A stretch of 64,000 nucleotides of DNA from Octopus vulgaris (lineage: Eukaryota): positions 11,780,001 to 11,844,000 of the forward strand of contig OX597816.1 of the NCBI GenBank assembly GCA_951406725.2, given 5' to 3'. Of the stretch, positions 53,970 through 64,000 are shown one piece after another. A program made the position numbers and the translations under genes. The notes below the pieces were generated by a model. The model did not search any database. It worked only from the letters and a program-made list of their open reading frames with translations, and was not told where the DNA came from. The stretch's first letter is position 1. Every line of letters starts with the position of its first letter.

Positions 53970-54420
53970 GTTTAACATCTGCTTTCCATGCTGGCATGGG
54001 TTGGACATTTTGGCTGAGGACTGGTGAGCCACAAGGCTGCACCAGGTTCAATCTGATCTGGAAAAATTTCTACAGCTGGGTGCCCTTCCTAATGCCAACC
54101 ACTCGAGAGTGTAGTGGATACTTTTACGTGCCACTGGCAAGAGGGCCAGTCAGGCAGTTCTGGCAACGATCACGCTCAAATGTTGTTTTTCACATGCCAC
54201 TGGCACATGTGCCGCTAAGGTGGCACTGGCAACGATCATGTTTTTCAGAATCCTAAAACTAATTTTGCAGATAGGGTAGTGTACCAGTAACAGCATTTCT
54301 TGATTCTCCAAAACAAACCAATGAACAATTCGGTGAATTCCAGAAGTGACAAGATTTTGAGTAAATGCAGCATTGTCTGCTTTCATGCTACACCTGGCAA
54401 TAGCTGTGCTGAACGTGTGG

Positions 54421-54579
54421 ATGTGTATTATTTACATTATTTACATTTGACGGATATTTGTCCTCACCTTGTTTGTTGTTAACACAAACGTTTCGGCTGA
54501 TATATCCTCCAGCCTTCATCAGGTGTCTTGGGGATATTTCGAATCTGGATTCTCATTCCTAAAGTATTTTTTGATGTTA

Positions 54580-54652
<73 letters not shown>

Positions 54653-54749
54653 CATTATTATTATCATTTTTCAGGTCACTGCCTGGAATCGAACTCGGAA
54701 TCTTGGGGTTAGTAACCTGCACTCTTAACTACTACACCATATGCCCGTG
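54421..54749 (-). mobile_element. Uninterrupted SINE family H: tRNA head, (AAT)n, hammerhead tail
   Basis: Minus strand: gggcataTGGTGTAGTAGTTaagag...GAGTTCGATTCCaggcagtgacctga-(aat)n-acatcaaaaaatactttaggaatgag...hammerhead...aaatgtaaataatgtaaataata. Confidence 0.85.
54481..54527 (-). ncRNA. Minimal type-I hammerhead in SINE-H tail
   Basis: Minus strand: gacac CTGATGA a ggctg gaggatatat cagcc GAAA CG T T (t) gtgtt. Confidence 0.7.
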
Positions 54750-54795
54750 GAATGAGAACCTTAGGAATGAGAACCCAAGTTCGAAATTTCCCAAA

Positions 54796-54841
54796 GACAC
54801 CTGATGAAGGCTGGAAGGTATATCAGCCGAAACGTTGTGTT
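54796..54841 (+). ncRNA. Minimal type-I hammerhead in inverted tail copy
   Basis: gacac CTGATGA a ggctg gaaggtatat cagcc GAAA CG T T gtgtt. Stem III is palindromic ACGT, with a GUU site. Confidence 0.75.
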
Positions 54842-56575
54842 AACAACAAACAAGATGAGGACAAATATCCATCAAATGTAAATAATGTACATAATTCCTC
54901 ATCTCTGAAATATAGAACTGATCTGGATGTGTGTTCTGAAATATTTTACTTCTGATGAATCAATTCTGTTGTAGTTCATTGGGTAAATCTGGAACTCCTT
55001 GAGTACGGATTAAACCAGATTTACAACGTACACCAAAATCAGGATAGGCTAATGTTCCTCGAGTATGCTCTTTACTACTTGTGCTGCAATGACTGCTATT
55101 AAACCATAAGCATGAAGTGTCACATTGACTGCGACATCTAGTACTGAATCTATGTAATGCTGTCTCGAAACATTCAACATCCTGCTTTGTATGTTTTAAC
55201 GCTTAATTCCTATCCTAAGCTATTAACTGCCGTCTTTGTTCTTGAAAAAAATCAATGGCGTGCTGGATGACGTTACTTAGTATCATGATATGAAATCTGT
55301 TTACATTGCTTTTTTGGAACTTAATGCTGTTCAGTATTTTGTATCAACATACATTCATGCAGCTATCAAGAGAGTTCTTTCTGTGGTTCTCCAAAGTGTT
55401 GCACATTTTGAGCCACAAGTTCTTGCTACTCATCAGAAAGAGTTTCCTATTCTCTTTATTGCATAGCATCTTGTTTCAGAATATGTTCATGATGTTCACG
55501 AGAAACTTGTTCTACCTGCATACGTTTCACAGCATTTCAGCCAAAATGCATCCTTGCTTCTTTCCTGAGAGTTCTTTCTGTGCTTCTGATTAGTGTGGAG
55601 GCACAATGGCCCAGTGGTTAGGACAGCGGGCTCGAGGGTGTAGGATCATGGTTTTGATTCCCAGGCCGAGCATTGTCAGTGTTTTTTGAGTGAAAACACC
55701 TAAAGCTCCATGAGGCTCTGGCAGGGGGTCGGTGGCGATCCCTGCTGTACTCTTTCTCCAAAACTTTCTCTCACTCTTTCTTCCTGTTTCTGTTGTACCT
55801 GTATTTCAAAGGGGCCAGCCTTGTCGCACTCTGTGTCATGCTGAATCTCCCTGAGAACTACATTAAGGGTACACGTGTCTGTGGAGAGCTCAGCCACTTG
55901 CACATTAATTTCACGAGCAGGCTGTTCTATTGATTGGATCAACTGAAACCCTTGTCACCATAACCAATGGAGTGCCACAAAAATCCCTGATCAATATTTT
56001 ATATTTTTGAACCCCAATGCATTCTAGCTGCTCTTGGGAAAGTTGCACATGTGCTTGTCTTCCCCAAAGTGCATTCAGTTGATTTTTTCCCTTTCAGCTT
56101 CATTGACTCCTTGTCTCTTTGTTGCTTTTTATTGCATTGTTGCTGTTTCCCTGCCACAAATTTTGCACTGCTCATTTATATTTGATCATTCATTAAGTGA
56201 AATGTCAAAATGTGTTTCAACCGGCTGCAGTTAACGACAGAAAAAGTATGTAATCGAAATATATCCATTGCTTAACGCATTCTGGTTGCACATGATGTCA
56301 ATACGGATTTGATGTATTATTTCATAAATAGTACATTGATCTTCTTTATTTTATCTTTTTTACTTGCTTCAGTCAGATGATGTCTCTGGCCATGCTTGGG
56401 CATCGTCTTGAAGGGTTTGCTTGAAGAAATCAGCACCAGAACTTAATTTTGGGCCTCCTTTGTTGCACCGCTAAATTACGGGGATGTAAACAAACCAACT
56501 TTGTTATGTGGTGATAGGAGACAAACATAAACACAAAGTCATACATACACAAACACACACACATACACACGCCAT

Positions 56576-56613
<38 letters not shown>

Positions 56614-57111
56614 GGCGCAAGTGTGACTGTGTGGTAAGAATCTTGCTTCCCAGCCACATGGTTCTGGGTCCAGTCCCACTGTGTGGCAATTTGGGTAAGT
56701 GTCTTCTACTATTGCCTTGGGCCAGCCAAAACCTTGTCAGTGGATTTGGGAGACAGAAACTAAAAGAAGCCCGTCGTATATATACATGTATATATGTATG
56801 TATATGTTTGTATGTCTGTGTTTGTTCCCCACCATCGCTTGGCAACCGATGATGGTGTGTTTACGTCCCCGTAACTTAAGAGACCAATAGAATTAAGTAC
56901 TAGTGTTACAAAGAATAAGTCCTGGGGTCGATTTGCTCAACTAAAGGTGATGCTCCAGCATGGCCACTGTCAAATGACTGAAACAAATAAAGAGGAAATA
57001 GATGCGTGGCGATCATGTAATAATATAAATAATATATAAGTATATGCATATATACATACATATATGTATATACCTACATATATATATGTATACCGGAGTA
57101 AACACATAAAT

Positions 57112-57165
57112 AGCAAAAACTGTCCGATGAATGGCAACGGGAAACTCAGAGTAACAGGTTTTGTT
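57112..57165 (+). ncRNA. Type-I hammerhead-like motif
   Basis: agcaaaaactgt CCGATGA atggcaacgg GAAA ctc a gag T A acaggttttgtt. Long stem I and GUA site, weak stem II, U4 changed to C. Confidence 0.6.
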
Positions 57166-57653
57166 GAATTTTCTGCTGCTTTAAATAAAGTATATATATG
57201 TATATATATATATACATGCATATATGGGTAAAGGACATCAAAAACACACCTGAACAAAAAGAGAAACGAGACAGGCAATATAAAGAACATTCCCTTCATC
57301 AGTTGTCCCCTGTTTAATCTACTCCACATTTCAAAGGTAGGGACAAATATACATATGCATACACACACACACACACACACATACGCGCGCGCACGCACAC
57401 ACACACACACACATATGTATACATAGTCACTGTCTAGCAAAGTCATTCATAAGTCATTGCTCGACCTCAGCTATAGTTTCACACAGTGGGACTAACCTAC
57501 CAAAAACTACATGGTTTCAAAGGGAGATTCTTAACCACACACACACCCATACATATGACATTTTTCTAAAAACATTCACGGAACTAAATATTGATTATTT
57601 TCTTTCTGTGCTTTCTTAAGATTTGAAATATTTTTGACTATGATTAATAAATA

Positions 57654-57727
57654 CTAGCATTATGACCCGTCTTTGCCGGGTCATAGTTCTAGTGCATGTA
57701 TATATGTGTACATATTACATGTACATC

Positions 57728-57794
<67 letters not shown>

Positions 57795-58354
57795 ACATCT
57801 ACACATAAAATACAAAATACAAAGTTATATCTTGATATCGCTAGTGATAACAATACTGAAAATATATAACAGACTGGAATTGTAGGACTATTCCATTTCT
57901 GCACGCTAATTTTATTTTTAATATATTCCCATTCATGTGAAACCACTTATTCAAGTTCAACTCATTGATGCAATTTTATACCAATTGCTATTTTCACTTT
58001 TGTTATGTTACGATTATATTATACTTTAGTTTGATTTTAATTATTACTTGCTACATATAATTCAATTGTTATTATTATTATTTTTATTGTTAAAGTGAAA
58101 GTATCTGACATAAAATAGAGAAATGTTTTTGTTTCACTTTTAACACGTAATACTGAAATAGTGGAGAAGATATGATATTGCTATGGGCTCGCTCTAGGCA
58201 AGAAGTTGAACATTTGTTTTGCCCATGAAACTACATGGACCCTAAGTAAAGCATGTGTAAAATTTGAATGAAATTGGTTGCGTAGTTCTCAAGTTTTTGG
58301 GAAACACACAGACAGACAGACACACACAAATTCTCAGTTTTATATATATAGAGA
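57654..58354 (-). mobile_element. Non-autonomous Helitron
   Basis: Minus strand: A|TCtctatata...tatgacccggcaaagacgggtcata (hairpin) atgCTAG|T. Confidence 0.75.
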
Positions 58355-58784
58355 TTATATACATAATAATGAAATTTTTGTGATATCATACATAGGACAA
58401 ACATTACTTTTCTTGTTCGTTTAATTCAGTCTACTCATGAATACATACTTATTTATAATAAAATATTCATAATAATTTCTATACTTTCAGTTATTGAGAA
58501 TTCCTTTTAAAATAAAATATATTTTCGACTTCTTGGATTTTATATTTTCCTAATAAAATGAAAGTTGCTTATGAGACTTCAATGAATAAATTGAATATAA
58601 ATTCACTTTTCTTTCGTTTCTGCAAATAAATTACTTGAAAAATCGTCTTGATCTGGTGATAAAGTGTGACAGATGGAGTCTTCTTCACTGAAAGCTATAT
58701 AAATAATTTCCATTTTGGATTTGGTTTGCAAGATTCTTTATGTGAGTTCGTGTGTTGAAGCATATTCTGTTGTGTCTGAGGAGA

Positions 58785-59184
58785 TTGTGGAGGCGCAATT
58801 GCCCAGTGGTTAGGGCAGCGGACTCGCGGTCGGAGGATCGCGGTTTCGATTCCCAGACCGGGCGTTGTGTGTGTTTATTGAGCGAAAACACTTAAAGCTC
58901 CACGAGGCTCCGGCAGGGGGTGGGGGTGGCGACCCCTGTTGTACTCTTTCGCCTCAACTTTCTCTCACTCCACTCTTACTTCCTGTTTCTGTTGTACCTG
59001 TATTTCAAGGGGCCGGCCTTGTCACTCTCTGTGTCACGCTGAATATCCCCGAGAACTACATTACGGGTACATGTGTCTGTGGAGTGCTCAGCCACTTACA
59101 CGTTAATTTCACGAGCAGGCTGTTCCAATGATTCGGATCAACAGGAACCCTCATCGTCGTAACCGACGGATTGCTTCCATCCAT
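58785..59184 (+). mobile_element. SINE family T with 14-bp TSD, inserted into the U3-A8 hammerhead repeat
   Basis: tgtgtctgaggaga (58771) and tgtgtctggggaga (59185). The empty site is seen at about 675-690. Confidence 0.85.
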
Positions 59185-59270
59185 GTGTCTGGGGAGAGTC
59201 ATTCTCTTTTGGTGCCTTAGAATTTAACACACTCACTGGTAAAATTTCCACTTATTTCTGTTTTATTTTT

Positions 59271-59307
59271 CTAAAATTTTCGTTGCATCTTGCAAACTTT
59301 TCAATAG
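59271..59307 (-). ncRNA. Second copy of the U3-A8 hammerhead-like motif, in the loop of foldback 59185-59400
   Basis: Minus strand: cta TTGAAAA gtttgc aagat gcaac GAAA AT T T tag. Confidence 0.45.
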
Positions 59308-59733
59308 TTTTTAGAAAAATAAAGAAGAAATAAGTGGAAACTTTACCAGTGAGTGTGTTAAATTATAAGGTACCAAAAGAGAATGACCCTCCCTAGACGC
59401 AACAGTATATAAATAATATTCTAATATTGTTTAACTAAAAACCCTTAATTTTTGAAATATTTCATTTCACATTTGTCACAATCAGTATATATCCCAATAT
59501 TTACATTTAGTTACTCTTTTACTTGTTTCAATAATTTGACGGTGGCCATGCTGGAGCACCACCTTTAGTCGAGCAAATCAACCCCAGGACTTATTCTTTG
59601 TAAGCCTAGCACTTATTCTATCGGTCATTATTGCCGAACCGCTAAGTTACAGGGACGTAAACACTAGCATCAGTTGTCAAGCGATGTTGGGGGGACAAAC
59701 ACAGACACACAAACACATACACACACACATGCA

Positions 59734-59767
<34 letters not shown>

Positions 59768-59944
59768 TTTATACATATATATGACAGGTTTCTTTCAGTT
59801 TCCATCTACTAAATCCACTCACAAGGCTTTGATTGACCTGAGGCTATAGTAGAAGACACTTGCCCAATGTGCCACGCAGTGGGACTGAACCCAGAGCCAT
59901 GTGGAATTTTGAACCCAACTCTTTATTTGACTAATGGGATACAC

Positions 59945-60080
59945 TGTTCTCATTCCGATGGTATCTTTTGCTGATGTTATTATTATTATTATTATTTATT
60001 TATTCAAGTCACTGTCTGGGATTGAACCCGGAATCTTAGAGTTAGTAGCCCGCACTCTTAATCACTATACTATATGCCTG
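59945..60080 (-). mobile_element. SINE family H, truncated just before the hammerhead
   Basis: Head, (AAT)n, then acatcagcaaaagataccatcggaatgagaac. Confidence 0.7.
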
Positions 60081-61296
60081 TATATTGAATAAGTAATAAG
60101 AGCACCCACAGAGTGCAAACCTCTGCCAAGGCAACACCAACGCCCTCTCAACAATTAGCCGGATATGATTTTTAAATTGCGAATATCTGAAATAAACTCA
60201 ACTGCTCTCACTGTTACACATGCATATCTATGTGTTTACGTATGCAGAATACATCCCCACTCTTGGCACTATTTTGTTAGTGAACAGTACAACTGTGTGT
60301 AAAGTATATAATGTATTACTACGCTGAATGTCGAGTCCGTGTAACATGAGCAGTCAATAAACACGTAACAATAACAATGGTTTTCATTTGGTTGTCTATC
60401 CCATTAGAACCCAAACTACACATAACACTCACAAACAAGAATACTAAAAATGGACTCGTTAAAATAATCCAGAATCTTTGATCAGTACCTGATCGATCCC
60501 AACAGAAGTCATGAAATGTGAAAGTGGCTGTAAAAAATTTAGTAAGAGTAATTAATAGTTTATCCTTATCTAATACAAGTCAAAGTAAACAGATTCACCA
60601 TTCAAAATAGTTTCAAAGGCGGTCGTAATAATAATAAGTTCTACTCAGAAATTTTTAAATGAGACCTTTTGGTTTTCTCTTCTCTTAAATTCAGACTTTC
60701 CTTTAGTATTCCTGTTGTTTTAGATCGATGTATAGATGTATGTATATATAAGTAAGTATACTGTAAGGTGTTAATATGTATGTATAATGTATGATATAAA
60801 GATATGTTAGTATTATTTAATTTCTGAACGGTTTTGCTGCCGTTTGTTTATGCAGTTTGATTTCTTTATCCATCGGTTTCTATTAAGATTGAGACGTGAT
60901 TAAAATCGATAATAGAGAAACGAAAATAAAACTTTGGAAACAGCCTGAAGGGAGATAATTGAGAAAGACTTGAAAGTCAACATAAGATCGTAATCTTGTA
61001 TAGTAGTAAATATACCAAATAATCCAGAATCCTTGTCTGGCACTGGATTGATCCCAAAATCTAATCAGCTTGTGCCAGTCATAAGGCCAAACATGACATA
61101 CATACATACACATCTCACCACTACTGAAATCTTGAAATAAACTGAATAATGAACATACATTCATTAGACTTCTCACCACTACTGTTCATACTTCCTCATT
61201 ATTTAAAATACATTATTTAAAATACATTCAAACAATTCTATCAATTTTTATTATAAACTTTTATTATTCACCATAAAACCCAATGTAATGCATACG

Positions 61297-61502
61297 CAGT
61301 AATCCGTCATCATATCGTGGCTCACCTATCATGCACTCAGTACATCATGGATTTTTCAGGCTAATATATGTGGATTTATATCACAGACTTCTCAATATAT
61401 CGTGGATTTCTACAGTCGATAGGTATTTACAGTTTTTTAGATTTTAATTATTTCCGTGGGAAGTTTTGGAACACAAAACCCATGATAGTTAAGGGATTAC
61501 TG
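61297..61502. mobile_element. Tigger-like MITE
   Basis: cagtaatccg ... gggattactg|ta. Confidence 0.5.
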
Positions 61503-62799
61503 TACACTTTTTACTAAAATCAAAATTATAAAGTGAGGGTGTCACAGCAAAATTTTTTTCCAGCTTATTAAAATTTTGCTCTCTAAATCAAAGAGCATAT
61601 TACATATTATTTCTACTGGAAGTACAGGCCTTAAATTTGGGGGAAGAGATTAAGTCGATTACATCAACTCCAGTGCGCAACTGGAACTTATTTAATCAAC
61701 CCCGAAAGGATGAAAGGCAGGGTCGACCTCGGTTGAATTTGAACTCAGAACATAGTGACAGCCAAATTACCGCCAAGCATTTTGCCCGGCGTGCTAACGT
61801 TTCTGCCAGCTTGCCACCTGGAAAAGTATATTAAATATAGTTGCTTATTATTTGCGGATTTCTATAATACTTTATTTTCAATTATTTAAGACATTATCGG
61901 ATTTGCGACTCATTCAATTTTGGATAAAACACGTGACCTACTAATGGAATATTATAATGTTTATCTTCATTACACTCATTATAATTTTTAATATTTCATT
62001 AATGAAACAAATAAACTTTAAACAGATTCTGTTGTAATAAGCGAATGGAGCAATTACCGATAACATAACACTTGTGTGTGCAAACATATTTTTCTGTCTG
62101 TAAATATTAATTCGAAAATATTTTAACACATGTTAATATCTCTGTCAATATATGTATACTCATAAATGTTACATATTTATTATTACACAATTCTCTTAAC
62201 GTAAATGACTATTATTTCCAATTTTCACTATGTAAACATCTTTAATCTTAGCGGAATGAGTGTTTTGATTATGAAAGCCGTGCAAGTTTACCAGTTTGTG
62301 CGTCATCAGCAAGTGATGGCATCGTAAGTTTTACGGTTCTTGATAGAATCTGTATTAGCGCTATATAAACATAGGTGGATATAAATATTAACATATTAAG
62401 TATTGTATTAGTACTGATAAATTAAAGTTGAGGATTGCCAGCTTAAATTGTAAACAGATTACTTATAAGAATTATGTGTACATACAGTTGTGGGCGTAGC
62501 TGCATATATAGGCTCAGGTGTGACTGGGTGGTAAGAAGTTTGCTTCCTAAATACATTGCTCCAAGTTCAGTCCCACTGCCTGGCAAATTGGGAAAGTATC
62601 TTCTGCTATTGCCTTGAGCCAACCAAATTCTTGTATGCGGACTTAGTAGATGGAAGCCGAAAACATCATGTCGTGAAACCTAAAAAGCACCATTCAAGTG
62701 TGATCGTTTTTCACATGCCTTCCTGGCACATGAAAAAACATTCGAGCAAGGTCGTTGCCAGTGCCACAGGACTGGCTCCTGCGTATGTGGCATGTAAAA

Positions 62800-63197
62800 A
62801 AACACCATTTGAGCGTGGCCGTTAACAGTACCACCTGACTGGCCCTCGTGCTGGTGTCACGTAAAAGCACCATTTGAGCGTGGCCGTTAACAGTACCACC
62901 TGACTGGCCCTCGTGCTGGTGGCACGTAAAAGCACCATTTGAGCGTGGCCGTTAACAGTACCACCTGACTGGCCCTCGTGCTGGTGGCACGTAAAAGCAC
63001 CATTTGAGCGTGGCCGTTAACAGTACCACCTGACTGGCCCTCGTGCTGGTGGCACGTAAAAGCACCATTTGAGCGTGGCCGTTAACAGTACCACCTGACT
63101 GGCCCTCGTGCTGGTGGCACGTAAAAAGCACCATTTGAGCGTGGCCGTTAACAGTACCACCTTACTGGCCCTCGTGCTGGTGGCACGTAAAAGCACC
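62800..63197 (+). repeat. Six tandem 65-bp units inside a family-R SINE
   Basis: gttaacagtacc at 62821, 62886, 62951, 63016, 63081 and 63147. Confidence 0.95.
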
Positions 63198-63356
63198 CAC
63201 TACACTCTCGGTGTGGTTGGCATTAGGAAGGGCATCCAGCTTTAGAAACTCTGCCAGATCAGATTGGTGCCTGGTGCAGCCATCTGGTTCACCAATCCTC
63301 AGTCAAATCATCCAACTTATGCTAGCATAGAAAGCAGATGTTAATTGATGATGATG

Positions 63357-63411
<55 letters not shown>

Positions 63412-63419
63412 TATATGTA

Positions 63420-63454
<35 letters not shown>

Positions 63455-63661
63455 CTTTGTGTCTGTGTTGTCCCCTACCACCACGTGACAACTGGTGTTG
63501 ATTTGTTTACGTCTCTGTAACTTAGTGGTTCGGCAAAAAAGACCGATAGGTTAAGTACTGAGCTTAAAACAAGAATAAGCATTGGGATCAATTCATTGAC
63601 TAAAGTTCTTCAAAGTGGTGCCAAGCTTTATATATATCTATTAATATTTAGCAGAATTTTA

Positions 63662-63827
63662 AGGCGCAGGAGTGGCTGTGTGGTAAGTAGCTTGCTAACC
63701 AACCACATGGTTCCGGGTTCAGTCCCACAGCGTGGCACCTTGGGCAAGTGTCTTCTGCTATAGCCTCGGGCCGACCAAAGCCTTGTGAGTGGATTTGGTA
63801 GACGGAAACTGAAAGAAGCCTGTCGTA

Positions 63828-63869
<42 letters not shown>

Positions 63870-64000
63870 CGTGTGTATATGTTTGTGTGTCTGTGTTTGT
63901 CCCCCTAGCATTGCTTGACAACCGATGCTGGTGTGTTTACGTCCCCGTCACTTAGCGGTTCGGCAAAAGAGACCGATAGAATAAGTACTGGGCTTACAAA
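63662..64000 (+). mobile_element. CORE-type SINE (family C), runs off the window end
   Basis: Near-identical to 3827-4229. Confidence 0.85.

Larger units (their letters stand above)
53300..55590 (-). pseudogene. Heavily decayed, SINE-interrupted Helitron RepHel N-terminal region (tentative)
   Basis: Collinear scraps on minus: RCKSGLIRTQGVPDLPNELQQ, KYFRTHI, SGIHRIV, and RRY(N)LSTYNEMTVLM...RRILL...SYEAYYP. These resemble RepHel 'CC..G...P.L..', 'F...IR.YN', 'HRIG' and 'RYN.PT..E.A...RDI....YD.L.YP'. Confidence 0.45.

Noticed and set aside
57285-57345. Minus-strand CTGATGA with upstream GAAA (possible type-II hammerhead)
   Set aside because: No stem III or UH cleavage site can be formed.
62800-63197. 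CRISPR-like regular repeat
   Set aside because: Contiguous 65-bp units with no unique spacers and no cas genes, in a eukaryotic SINE context.

Overview
AT-rich, microsatellite-dense animal genomic DNA with no intact host gene that I can recognise. The repeat families resemble those I recall from Octopus, but that assignment is inference. Nearly all listed ORFs are artefacts of (TA)n/(CA)n/(TACA)n repeats or SINEs. Real coding relics are a nearly full-length Penelope-like element (RT + GIY-YIG, Neptune-type, two frameshifts, 20331-22314) with a promoter-bearing pseudo-LTR, two R4/Dong-type LINE 3' fragments, and RTE, Gypsy, piggyBac, mariner, GIY-YIG and probable Helitron RepHel fragments. There are at least five SINE families, non-autonomous Helitrons and MITEs. 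The most striking unannotated signal is a set of at least 10 minimal type-I hammerhead ribozyme motifs from about 7 unrelated repeat families. They show C3-G8, G3-C8 and U3-A8 core covariation and palindromic stem III, and many sit in foldback (inverted) duplications. One family is a tRNA-headed SINE with a hammerhead-bearing tail and an inverted tail copy at its 5' end, which suggests a Penelope-mobilised, self-cleaving SINE. All folds and alignments were done by eye, and repeat boundaries are approximate.
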